From positions 193,012 through 257,011 of the forward strand of contig CALRFF010000001.1 of the NCBI GenBank assembly GCA_943356495.1: a stretch of DNA of 64,000 nt, in the 5' to 3' direction. The notes under the pieces are model-generated. The model made no database searches. It was given only the letters and a program-made list of their open reading frames with translations, and was not told the origin of the DNA. The position numbers were made by a program, and so were the translations under genes. The stretch is from Candidatus Nomurabacteria bacterium (GTDB lineage: Bacteria > Patescibacteriota > Minisyncoccia > Phycocordibacterales > SBAW01). Below, in pieces: positions 27,658 through 36,630 of the stretch (the stretch's first letter is position 1; every line of letters begins with the position of its first letter).

Positions 27658-28692
27658 TTAGAAGTTGAAGACCGGGCGGATAAGGCCGATTACCACAAGA
27701 CTATTAATAAAGTTAAACATGGCGAACAGGATGACCACAAGCCCGGCTGTTTTGAAGAACACACCTGTATGAGCACTCTTTTGAATACTGAACGCACTGA
27801 AGCTTATCAATGCCAATACAGGCAGGGTCCCCAGAGCAAACACGAACATGGTAAGCGCTCCGCTAAGGAAGCTGCCGGTAGAAAGGGTGTATATCTGCAT
27901 GGCCTGTGTAAAGCCGCACGGCAGAAAGAAGGTGGCTATACCCACCAAAAAGGGGGTCAGCGAATGATTGAGTTTTGAGGCTCGGAGCGCATGTCGAGAA
28001 AGAAACTTCGGCATAGAGGGTTGAAGTTTTTTTGACCAGTGGAATATATCCAAGAGGTTTATGCCCAAAATCAGCATAACCAGCGCGATACTTACCCCTA
28101 AAATAAAAGTCCCTGTGGTATTGAGTGTAAAGACCGCTCCTGCTGCGCCTATAAGCCCCCCTAAGACAAAAAATGAAACGAGACGCCCGATGTGGAATAG
28201 CAGCTGCGGTTTTACCTTGTCGCCCTCTTTGGCAAAAGTTACAGACATTGAAAGCACGAGGCCTCCCACGACCGCCATACACGTGGAAACCGAGGCGATA
28301 AGGCCAATCACAAAAGCTGTGCCATAGCCGACTTCGCCTGTGCCGACCAGATTCACTATGCCTAATTTCTGCAAAAGGATAAAGAGTGCCGCAAAACCGA
28401 GCGCAATAGGGACGGCGAGCTTAAAATCGCTCCACTTCTTTGTCGCGTGTGCCTGCTTTTCTGTCGATACGGTATAGCCGTGCGGGTGCAATACGGTGGT
28501 GAGAGCCGCCGCAACCGCGTCGGGTGTTTTGTCAGCAAAATCACCCTCAACTTCTATTGTGTGATGCTTGAGGTTTGATTTTGCACGAGTGATGAATGGG
28601 AGTTCCTGTGCCTCTGTTTCAGTAAGAAATGTGCAGGCATTGCAGTGCATGCCTTGAACGTGGAGGACATATTTTTGAGCTTGTGTAGTCAT
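27658..28692 (-). CDS. HMA-domain (MxCxxC) fused to DsbD_2/TauE-like permease, putative metal permease
   Basis: N-terminal GMHCNAC heavy-metal-associated fold. Polytopic membrane domain with TM cysteines. Confidence 0.55.
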   Translation of the reverse strand: MTTQAQKYVLHVQGMHCNACTFLTETEAQELPFITRAKSNLKHHTIEVEGDFADKTPDAVAAALTTVLHPHGYTVSTEKQAHATKKWSDFKLAVPIALGFAALFILLQKLGIVNLVGTGEVGYGTAFVIGLIASVSTCMAVVGGLVLSMSVTFAKEGDKVKPQLLFHIGRLVSFFVLGGLIGAAGAVFTLNTTGTFILGVSIALVMLILGINLLDIFHWSKKLQPSMPKFLSRHALRASKLNHSLTPFLVGIATFFLPCGFTQAMQIYTLSTGSFLSGALTMFVFALGTLPVLALISFSAFSIQKSAHTGVFFKTAGLVVILFAMFNFINSLVVIGLIRPVFNF

Positions 28693-28693
28693 A

Positions 28694-29098
28694 CTAATTG
28701 TAATTTTCCTTTTTAAGAGATACCCATTCTTTCCAAAAAAAGAAGGCCAGAATTGGAAACAGAAGGGCGGTATAAAGTCCTGGATAATATCCCCCGATCA
28801 TTATTGCTTTATATATGTGATGCAATTCATATATATAAATAAGGCCAGCAATCGCTAATACATTAAATTGCCATCTCTGACCCATCAATAAAAAAAAGGA
28901 AATTATTAAGAGCAGCCACAGCATTACCTGAAATGTTACGAAGGTCGCTCCGTGGTTTGAGAGTTCCGATAACAATCCAAAAATTGCCTGATCGTGAGAA
29001 TCAATATCATAAAAGTGAGTAACAAATTCTTCTATGCCATGAGCAATAAAGAGCGGTATCGAAAGACCGAATATGAGTTTTAATTTGTTTGAGATCAT
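28694..29098 (-). CDS. HXXEE domain membrane protein
   Basis: AHGIEEF (HxxEE) motif in TM1. Four TM helices. Confidence 0.5.
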   Translation of the reverse strand: MISNKLKLIFGLSIPLFIAHGIEEFVTHFYDIDSHDQAIFGLLSELSNHGATFVTFQVMLWLLLIISFFLLMGQRWQFNVLAIAGLIYIYELHHIYKAIMIGGYYPGLYTALLFPILAFFFWKEWVSLKKENYN

Positions 29099-29100
29099 GG

Positions 29101-31395
29101 CTATAATTTCATTGCCTTAATCCGTAACGAGTTGCCGACCACCGACACGCTGGAGAACGCCATGGCAAGCCCCGCGAACACAGGGTTAAGCAGCCAGCCA
29201 AAGACGGGGTAGAGCGCACCAGCGGCAAGTGGAATACCAATAATGTTGTAAAAGAAAGCCCAAAACAGATTTTGCTTAATCCCGCGCATAGTCATTTTGG
29301 AAAGCGTAATTGCTTTGACCAGTTTTGAAATATCGCCATTAAGAAGCGCGATACCGGCCGACTCAATAGCTACATCAGTGCCGGTCGCCATGGCAATGCC
29401 CACGTCGGCTTGAGCGAGAGCCGGAGCGTCATTTACTCCATCGCCTGCCATGGCAACTACGCGGCCCTCTGATTGCAGCTTTTTTATGGTGTTGAGCTTA
29501 TCCTCGGGCATGACTTCTGCTATCACTTCGTCAATCCCAACCTGTCGGGCGATATGCGCTGCGGTATTTTTGTCATCGCCAGAAAGCATAATCACCCTAA
29601 TACCCATATTGCGCAATTTTGAAACAGCTTCTTTCGCTTCCGGTTTTACCGCGTCAGCAACCATCACCACTCCAAGCAATTGGTCTTTGCTACTCAGAAA
29701 AACCGGGGTGCTTCCATTGCTCGTTTCTTTTTGAATAGCGTTGTGGTCAACCGAAAGTCTGAGATCAGTCATAAGCTTTACGTTGCCCGCAAAATACTCA
29801 CGGCCATCGATGGTGCCCTTTATGCCTTTGCCTTTGATAGCCCCAAAGGACTCAACTGCTGGGAGCGTGTATCCCTTACCTTTTGCATAGGAGACTACCG
29901 CATGAGCAATCGGATGTTCAGATTTATTTTCAAGAGCGGCGAGTATTGCCACAATTTCTTTATCGCTTAGCTCGGCATATTTTTTAATTGAGACCAATTC
30001 AGGCTTGCCTTTGGTGAGCGTGCCGGTTTTGTCTACCACGACCGTATCGACTTTATTAAGCCTCTCGAGTGTAGCAGCATCTTTAATAAGAATGCCTTCC
30101 TTGGCACCCTTGCCTACCCCTACGATAATTGCGGTCGGTGTCGCAAGGCCAAGTGCACACGGGCAGGCAATCACCAGAATGCCCACAAACGAGACAAGCC
30201 CCAGCGAAAGCGCCTGAGAAAAACCGAGATATTGCGTGCCTACAAGAAGCCAAGCACCTAAAGATACAAAAGCGATCACAAGTACCGCCGGCACGAAGAT
30301 ACTCGATATCTTATCCGCAAGTGCTTGAATAGGTGCTTTGCTGCCCTGCGCCTCCTCGACCATTGTAATGATATGAGCTAAAAGAGTTTCCGAACCCACC
30401 TTAGTTGCCTTAAATGTAAATGAGCCGCTGGTGTTGAGCGTACCTCCCACTACTAATTCCCCTTTGCTCTTTTGCACGGGCATGGCTTCACCCGTGATCA
30501 TCGATTCATCTACAAACGAAGTGCCCTCAACAATGACTCCATCGACCGGTATCTTGCCGGCTGGCTTGACCACTATTACATCGCCGTGGGCGAGCTGGCC
30601 GACTGGCACCTCTACTTCCTGCCCGTCGCGCAGCACGAGCGCCGTTTTTGCCTGAAGATTTAAGAGCTTCTCTATTGCATCTCCAGTCTTAACTTTTGCG
30701 CGAGCTTCCAAATATTTGCCCAGTGTAATAAATGCAATCACCACAATGGCTACGTCATAGTATGTGTGCTCGACGTTGATGAATTGTCGCAGAGACTCTT
30801 CAAACGCCATAACGATGGCACTGTACATAAACGCCACGGAGGTGCCTATCCCGATGAGCGTATCCATGTTTGCCTTGCCATACCGCAAAAAGGTATAGAT
30901 TCCTCTCAAATACGCCTTCCCTACAACAAACAGCATGTACGTAGCCATAATCGGGAGGATGTGATGAAAGAACTCGCTCCACACATAGGGGACTGCTGGT
31001 ACGACGCTAAACTGGGCCAAAATTTCCCATGCCATAACAAAGCCGCTGAAAATCGCTAACGGGATAGATACTGCGACCTTGGTACCCATATCGGCGATCT
31101 CCGCGAGTTTTTCCTTTTTTGATTGATTGAGACCAAGATGCGCTGCGTGCTCATCCGCTGACATACCCATCTCCTCAGCCGTAACCGGAACCTCTAATGA
31201 GTAGCCGAGCGGCTCTATATGCTTAGACAGGGCATGGGGGTTTGTTTGCGACGGGTCAAAGGAAACTTTAGCTTTCTCGGTGCCATAGTTAACTTCGGCC
31301 GATTGCACGCCCGCCACTTTCTTAAAAGTCTTCTCGATGATCGCCGAGCATGAAGCGCAATGCATGCCTTTTACTCTGTACGTTTGTGTATGCAT
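29101..31395 (-). CDS. copA: Copper-translocating P1B-type ATPase CopA
   Basis: HMA GMHCASC, CPC, DKTGTLT, GDGVNDAP and the HP motif. Start at MHTQTYRV. Confidence 0.9.
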   Translation of the reverse strand: MHTQTYRVKGMHCASCSAIIEKTFKKVAGVQSAEVNYGTEKAKVSFDPSQTNPHALSKHIEPLGYSLEVPVTAEEMGMSADEHAAHLGLNQSKKEKLAEIADMGTKVAVSIPLAIFSGFVMAWEILAQFSVVPAVPYVWSEFFHHILPIMATYMLFVVGKAYLRGIYTFLRYGKANMDTLIGIGTSVAFMYSAIVMAFEESLRQFINVEHTYYDVAIVVIAFITLGKYLEARAKVKTGDAIEKLLNLQAKTALVLRDGQEVEVPVGQLAHGDVIVVKPAGKIPVDGVIVEGTSFVDESMITGEAMPVQKSKGELVVGGTLNTSGSFTFKATKVGSETLLAHIITMVEEAQGSKAPIQALADKISSIFVPAVLVIAFVSLGAWLLVGTQYLGFSQALSLGLVSFVGILVIACPCALGLATPTAIIVGVGKGAKEGILIKDAATLERLNKVDTVVVDKTGTLTKGKPELVSIKKYAELSDKEIVAILAALENKSEHPIAHAVVSYAKGKGYTLPAVESFGAIKGKGIKGTIDGREYFAGNVKLMTDLRLSVDHNAIQKETSNGSTPVFLSSKDQLLGVVMVADAVKPEAKEAVSKLRNMGIRVIMLSGDDKNTAAHIARQVGIDEVIAEVMPEDKLNTIKKLQSEGRVVAMAGDGVNDAPALAQADVGIAMATGTDVAIESAGIALLNGDISKLVKAITLSKMTMRGIKQNLFWAFFYNIIGIPLAAGALYPVFGWLLNPVFAGLAMAFSSVSVVGNSLRIKAMKL

Positions 31396-31396
31396 A

Positions 31397-31663
31397 TTAT
31401 TTTCTCTTGAGCTTATAGACCTTGAGGATCTCCGCTTTCGCCCTACTCGTTTGTCCCGATTTAACCTGATTGAGAATGCAGCTTCCAAGATGGTTTTCGA
31501 GTAGCAAATCCTCGACGTTAGACAAACCCTGCTTAACTGCCGAGGTCTGCGTAATCACATCAATGCAGTAGGTATCACTATCTACCATCTTTTGAAGTCC
31601 TCGAACTTGCCCCTCAATCAACTTGAGGCGACGAACAACTTTAGATTTATTTTTATCGTCCAT
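31397..31663 (-). CDS. csoR: CsoR/RcnR family metal-sensing repressor
   Basis: DUF156 fold with Cys/His ligands (C...H...C). Immediately upstream of copA. Confidence 0.8.
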   Translation of the reverse strand: MDDKNKSKVVRRLKLIEGQVRGLQKMVDSDTYCIDVITQTSAVKQGLSNVEDLLLENHLGSCILNQVKSGQTSRAKAEILKVYKLKRK

Positions 31664-31693
31664 GTATTTCATATACATGCATCATACACTATG

Positions 31694-31710
31694 ATACCCC
31701 CTAGGGGTAT
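31694..31710. promoter_or_regulatory. Candidate CsoR operator (ATACCCC-cta-GGGGTAT)
   Basis: GC-tract inverted repeat of the TACCC-Nn-GGGTA CsoR-box type, 30-45 nt upstream of the csoR start. Confidence 0.5.
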
Positions 31711-31830
31711 ACCTTAAAATAAACTCTCCTCAGCTGCGGTCGCTGGACGGGTTTGGAACTGTTGATTGGAAGGCACTTGAGCGGGAAATGCAGTGGCTTA
31801 TGGTAGCGATGCCGAGGTTAGGAATAAACC

Positions 31831-32259
31831 TCAGCCGATGAATTTGTCTCTCTTTCGACCGATTATGTATGGGAACAGAATGGCAAACAAGGTCCAAGCG
31901 GATAGCAGACCGATCACCCCGTAGACCTGAGCGTTCGTACCTTGAACCATCAACTTGAGCCCCTCCCACATAAATATCACATAGACGCTGCTCGCTACAT
32001 AAAATAGATACTCCTCTACAGGTAACCCAAGAAAACGAAGCCCTATAGTTTGGCGCCGGTTAAACTGCCAGAGCCACACACGATCTTTCTTGCCGTGCCG
32101 GGTAGCCCATACATCCCAAATGCTCCCGATGATGGTAACCAGCACAATAAACGGCACGAGTGCTTGCAGGTCGATAAATCCAGAGAGGTAGAAGCCAGCG
32201 ACAATCGTTGGGGCGCAAAAGACAAAAAAGAGTGTCAGTAAGTAGTTATACTTTCGCAT
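31831..32259 (-). CDS. Lycopene cyclase domain-containing membrane protein
   Basis: PxEE(Y/F) motif (LGLPVEEYLFY) and W-rich TM pattern of the CrtYcd-type domain. No carotenoid context nearby. Confidence 0.4.
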   Translation of the reverse strand: MRKYNYLLTLFFVFCAPTIVAGFYLSGFIDLQALVPFIVLVTIIGSIWDVWATRHGKKDRVWLWQFNRRQTIGLRFLGLPVEEYLFYVASSVYVIFMWEGLKLMVQGTNAQVYGVIGLLSAWTLFAILFPYIIGRKRDKFIG

Positions 32260-32302
32260 CTACCAAATTCTACAACGGAAAACGGGACGGCCATGGGGCT
32301 GT

Positions 32303-32650
32303 CTATTTTTTAAGGGTCAAAGCGATAAGACCAAACTTTTTAATTTTCTCGGTGTAGTTAGGGAATGAGCCCCATGCATCCCTGCCATCTTGCCCGGTCT
32401 TCCAGGTAGGGTTGATTTGCTGGGGCTGGTACTTTTCGTAAATAGCGTCGATCGAGGGGAACTTCTCAACTTTAATTACCTCTTTAGTGCAGGTGTCGTT
32501 ACCGCAGGAAAAGACGATAGTATCTCCCGCCACGATGCCAGCATATTTATCGGTCGCGGCGCGGGTCTCCAGCGTCTTGCCGCCATTACAAACAAGGTCA
32601 AAGGTGTCCCGGTTTACCTCGCGAAACTCGAGCGTATGAGTCTTAGGCAT
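32303..32650 (-). CDS. ASCH (PUA-like) domain protein
   Basis: About 115 aa beta-barrel-like sequence consistent with ASCH. Overlaps the CYTH gene by 8 nt. Confidence 0.5.
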   Translation of the reverse strand: MPKTHTLEFREVNRDTFDLVCNGGKTLETRAATDKYAGIVAGDTIVFSCGNDTCTKEVIKVEKFPSIDAIYEKYQPQQINPTWKTGQDGRDAWGSFPNYTEKIKKFGLIALTLKK

Positions 32651-33245
32651 TTTTGGGTATCCGCTTTTTCTCGAGCCAGTCGGGCGTATCAGAAAAATCT
32701 ATATTGGGGCAGCGGTCGATCTCCTCGTTTTCGACGGCAAAGTATTTTGCGTAGATGCGAGCTACACCGCCAAACATCGCCTTATCCCAATCCATGCCCA
32801 ATAGCCGGGCCATCTCTTTTACATCGTTCTCGGTCGGGGCCTCTATCTCAAGAAAGGTTGGTATCCACGGCCAGGTATCTATCATGAGTTCTGTGTCGCC
32901 AAACCTCCACAGTTCTCGCTTTTTGACTTGGGTCGATTTTACCGCCATGCCAATAGCCAAGAGCATCTGCTCGGCCGCGTCAAAGGAATCCAACTTTAAA
33001 GTAATTTCTTTCATGCCCTCGACGCCCTCCTTTTCCCACTTTTTAAGTGTCAGGGTTACCTCGCCATTCTCCTCTCGGAGTCGAAGCCAAGAGGCCTGCT
33101 GATCGAGTTTGAAATCTGGGTAGTCAAAGACTTTTTGTCGAGCCAAGACCTCGGGATACACCAAAGTAGCTCCATACTGTTGGAGGTGCGACCGAACGAC
33201 ATCCGGGTCAATATCGAGGAATTTTGCTTCGATTTCTGTCTTCAT
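32643..33245 (-). CDS. CYTH domain protein (triphosphate tunnel metalloenzyme / class IV adenylyl cyclase-like)
   Basis: N-terminal EIEAKF (ExExK) signature plus downstream acidic/basic tunnel residues. Confidence 0.65.
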   Translation of the reverse strand: MKTEIEAKFLDIDPDVVRSHLQQYGATLVYPEVLARQKVFDYPDFKLDQQASWLRLREENGEVTLTLKKWEKEGVEGMKEITLKLDSFDAAEQMLLAIGMAVKSTQVKKRELWRFGDTELMIDTWPWIPTFLEIEAPTENDVKEMARLLGMDWDKAMFGGVARIYAKYFAVENEEIDRCPNIDFSDTPDWLEKKRIPKNA

Positions 33246-33284
33246 GTGAGATCAATTATAGTACGCATTATATAGAAAAAACAA

Positions 33285-33331
33285 AAGCCACCAACTGAAT
33301 GATGGCTTTCGCCTACTTCAGTTGATGGCTT
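33285..33331 (-). terminator. Rho-independent terminator (15-bp imperfect inverted repeat plus T-run on minus strand)
   Basis: AAGCCACCAACTGAA ... TTCAGTTGATGGCTT. On the minus strand it is followed by TTGTTTTTTCTATA. Sits at the 3' end of the three-gene operon. Confidence 0.4.
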
Positions 33332-33336
33332 GTAGA

Positions 33337-33984
33337 TCAGCTTTGCTCCGCGAGTTCTTGCAGGAGTTCGACCGTCTTGATGTGGTCTTCGAGGCAGTGG
33401 GTGTCTTCCATCGCCCCGTTGTTGTTGAACTCCGCGTTATCCAATGCCCCGTAGAGAGCAGTCCGCACCGCGTAGGCGCGGCTACCCTGTTTGAGCCCTG
33501 CGCGGATGAGTATGTAGGTGGCGATGTCATTGAGGATATGCTTCATCACCCACCCACTCATCTCCTCCCGCTTGAGTTCGAGCACCATCTGCAGGAGCTT
33601 GAGCCGCTCCGCCACTGGGGCTTGTTCGAGGGCTTTCTCAAAGAAGTCTGGCATATCGCACCAGTTCACCTCGTTGCCGATGATCTGCCGGACATTCTTC
33701 CGCAGCATAGTCTTCAGCGTCAGGGCAAGGTCGCCCGTCAGATGATGAATATGCTGCAGAATTGCGAGTGCCGTCTCGGGCGACAAGTAGGTAAAGACCT
33801 CCTTCTCGCCGACCTCGAACTCGCCTTCGACCGGCACATTGTCCAAGAACCAAACGAGGTTCGGGACGGTGCAATCCGCATGAGCGAACGCCTTTGGCAG
33901 GAATTCCTCATCGCGGCCGTGGAAGTACAGTGGCTTCTGGATGTCATTCCAAAAGCCGCCGTGAGCATGGACATCTCGAAACAT
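33337..33984 (-). CDS. Hypothetical protein (216 aa; N-terminal DVHAHGG metal-hydrolase-like motif)
   Basis: Long ORF with protein-like composition. The antisense ORF at 33322-34017 was judged spurious. Confidence 0.45.
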   Translation of the reverse strand: MFRDVHAHGGFWNDIQKPLYFHGRDEEFLPKAFAHADCTVPNLVWFLDNVPVEGEFEVGEKEVFTYLSPETALAILQHIHHLTGDLALTLKTMLRKNVRQIIGNEVNWCDMPDFFEKALEQAPVAERLKLLQMVLELKREEMSGWVMKHILNDIATYILIRAGLKQGSRAYAVRTALYGALDNAEFNNNGAMEDTHCLEDHIKTVELLQELAEQS

Positions 33985-34118
33985 GATAGTAGCCCCTCCA
34001 TGGGCTGTTGGAGTTAAAAAAGAACTTACTCGATGAGCCAGCAACCGAAGTTGTGGGCTCAATAGAGTGGCGCGATACCGTCGCGCCAAGCCGGAAGCAT
34101 TTTAAGTTTGCTCAAACT

Positions 34119-34487
34119 TTACGCGGCTGCGGCACTATTAACCACCTCGAAATCCTCGAATGAGAATTTGGTCCGCTTTGCCTTCAAACGGGAACCTTCG
34201 AAGTAGGGTGAGATGTACCAGATGTCAGAGCCGTAGACGTGGCGACGCGACATATCTGCGATGCTTTCGCTCTCGTAGATACGCTCATCGTGGAAGGATA
34301 CCTGCGTCACACCATCCCAACGAGGGTCGGGAGCGACGCGGATGCGGTAGTTACGAGGATTCTTTGTCTTCACCGAGTTTGGCGCGAACTTGCCAACCAA
34401 GTGCCAGACATCTCGCCATAGTCCTGTGCCTTTTCGCACCTCCTTCACTTCGAAGGTGCGGGTATCGTAGAGTTTGCGATTTCCCAT
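34119..34487 (-). CDS. Hypothetical protein (123 aa)
   Basis: ORF with an internal Met start. No recognised domain. Confidence 0.4.
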   Translation of the reverse strand: MGNRKLYDTRTFEVKEVRKGTGLWRDVWHLVGKFAPNSVKTKNPRNYRIRVAPDPRWDGVTQVSFHDERIYESESIADMSRRHVYGSDIWYISPYFEGSRLKAKRTKFSFEDFEVVNSAAAA

Positions 34488-34609
34488 CGCTGCCTCCTTG
34501 TGAATGTGCAGTTTACTCGCAAAGACTTCCACCCTTACGGGTCGTTGTCTTTGATAAGGGGCGCATTTAGTAACCGTGCGCCCAAGTCGGTTGGTCATTT
34601 GCGACCAAA

Positions 34610-34924
34610 TTAGTCGGCCAAAGTCAGCCAGCCCTTCCGGTCAGCGGTACTGAAGTACCCCTTGAACGGATGGCGATTGACCTTGCGAGCGGCCCCGCCG
34701 TGTTCCTTGCCACCAACCACGAAGACATCGTGGAGGTAGCCAGAAACATTCCAGGACTCGCCGGACCCGTCTTCCTCAGAAACCCCCGTGATGGTCGCGG
34801 TGTACTCGATCGTGCCGTGTTCCGGCTTGAACGAGACAGTGGGTTTCTGCGGCTTACGCGTGAACAGCGAAGCCATGAGGTCGAACTTGGACGGGCCGTT
34901 ATTGATGGTGATGATGGCGCTCAT
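34610..34924 (-). CDS. Hypothetical protein (105 aa)
   Basis: First gene of the three-gene operon. No recognised domain. Confidence 0.4.
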   Translation of the reverse strand: MSAIITINNGPSKFDLMASLFTRKPQKPTVSFKPEHGTIEYTATITGVSEEDGSGESWNVSGYLHDVFVVGGKEHGGAARKVNRHPFKGYFSTADRKGWLTLAD

Positions 34925-35112
34925 ACGAGCCTCCATGAAGAGCAATTCCTTTGAAGAGGTAGGAACCAAACCCCGTTATCTCTTGCGAGACCACCAATCC
35001 ATCCGGACTGGGATTACCCAGCAGTATATACCTAAACAACGCTTTTGTCAAGCCGTCAAGGGCTTGGTAAATAAGGACTTTTTGGCTCTGCAAGAGTAAA
35101 CTAAAGTACACT

Positions 35113-36333
35113 ATGGACCCCCTCCAGATACTCGAGCGGTACTTCAATACCTTCATTACCCAGGACGACCCGAAGCACTTTTTTATCGGGATGGCCGACT
35201 ACCTAAACTATGGCGATGGTGTGCCTGAGTATGACTGGATAACGAGCGAAATATCCGCTATGCCCGCAGCCCTTTTAAGTAAGTTTGAGGAGCAGAAAAA
35301 GGTGGCATTCGAAAGGGTTAGAGAAAAACATAAAGAGATAACAACAGCTATTAGAGAGAAAAATATCAACCTTCCTGCAGTAGAGAACGCGTTGGTGGAG
35401 TGTAAGCAAATCTTTGACGGACACATCTATAGCGAAACACCTGGGGCTTATATGTTGCATCTGCGGCTCTACGACATCATCCAGGCTCTTTATCAAACGC
35501 CAGAGTACCGCGAGTTTGCGTCGCAATACATCACCTTCTCAGAGCGCGACAAGACACAACCGCGGCAGTACTTGCCGATCAAAGAATTAGACGAATTGAT
35601 GAAAACAAAAGCCGAGGTTGAGCGTGGTGCCGAAGATGCTATATGGGGTATCCAAGCGCATATTTACAACCTCCGTGAGGTAATAAACCGAGGAAGAGAG
35701 ATTGGCGAAGGTATCACCGAGCGTATACAGAAACGGGAACCGGGTGCGACGCTCGATATGCTGAACTTTGGGGTTCTTATGGGCGAGTGGATGAAAATCG
35801 AAGAAGGCCGACCTGAACGCGATCCTGTTTTCTTTGTCCCTAAAAAGGTACGCCCACAGGTGCAGCGATTTCATATGTATGTTGTAGCGCACTTTACAGA
35901 AGCGCGAGCGGCAATCAATGCCGCTAAACCCATAGAAGCTCTAAAAGAATCGGTCGAGATAAAACCTGAGGTCGATAGCACTGTCGCGAAAAAACCGATC
36001 CTACTCGAGGAAAAAGGTAAGGGCTATATCAAATTCTATAAAGAGGGGCCGCGTATTCTTATCGGCAAAGTTAGCACAAAAAAGCATAAGCTGATTAAAG
36101 CACTCATAGATCCTTTGGGTACGGCAAAAAATGTAAACGTGGTATTTGACGCTATCAAAGACCGGAAGGCTGCGAGCGACATCCGACTGAAGGATACTTA
36201 TACGGCAGCAAACCGCGAGCGTGAGCTGATCGACTTCACGATGAAAGAGCTACAGAAGATAAAGGGGCTCAAGGGACGCATCTCACTTACCTACCACCAC
36301 AACAACAGCACCGTATTGCTCAATCTTGGATAA
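35113..36333 (+). CDS. Hypothetical protein (406 aa), element cargo
   Basis: Low-GC ORF. No recognisable domain. Confidence 0.5.
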   Translation: MDPLQILERYFNTFITQDDPKHFFIGMADYLNYGDGVPEYDWITSEISAMPAALLSKFEEQKKVAFERVREKHKEITTAIREKNINLPAVENALVECKQIFDGHIYSETPGAYMLHLRLYDIIQALYQTPEYREFASQYITFSERDKTQPRQYLPIKELDELMKTKAEVERGAEDAIWGIQAHIYNLREVINRGREIGEGITERIQKREPGATLDMLNFGVLMGEWMKIEEGRPERDPVFFVPKKVRPQVQRFHMYVVAHFTEARAAINAAKPIEALKESVEIKPEVDSTVAKKPILLEEKGKGYIKFYKEGPRILIGKVSTKKHKLIKALIDPLGTAKNVNVVFDAIKDRKAASDIRLKDTYTAANRERELIDFTMKELQKIKGLKGRISLTYHHNNSTVLLNLG

Positions 36334-36630
36334 CGAGAGGCGTTTTTTATCATAGGCCTGCCGCAGTACAGAGGGTTTTTGTAGTACCCTTTTGTTTTTT
36401 GTGTAAGTGGGCCTAAAAACCCTCTCAATCCCTCTGGCTCCTTTGAGCCCAGAGGGATCTTCATATTTGTTATGTGCCAGAGGATAAGCAAAAACCTAAA
36501 AAGCCGCGGCGCTCGCAGGAGGCGCAGGTCGACCCGGCTGCAACCGATAACCTCATCGGGTTCTTTGCCCAATTGCTTGAGATAGATAAGCGTCTACATC
36601 CCGAGGATTACCGAGGGGCTCAAAACCACC

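Noticed and set aside
33322-34017. 231-aa plus-strand ORF sharing codon positions (antisense) with the 33337-33984 minus-strand gene
   Set aside because: Both frames are open and GC3 does not discriminate between them. The minus-strand product has a more protein-like, diverse composition and fits the co-directional three-gene operon and terminator. The plus-strand product is L/E/H/V-rich, as expected for antisense translation. Kept as uncertain.
26280-35100. att direct repeat of the tRNA-Gln 3' end marking the distal island boundary
   Set aside because: I scanned the intergenic regions at 26.28, 27.22, 31.7, 32.27, 33.27 and 35.0 kb by eye and found no convincing copy of 15 bp or more. The boundary is left undefined, not asserted.
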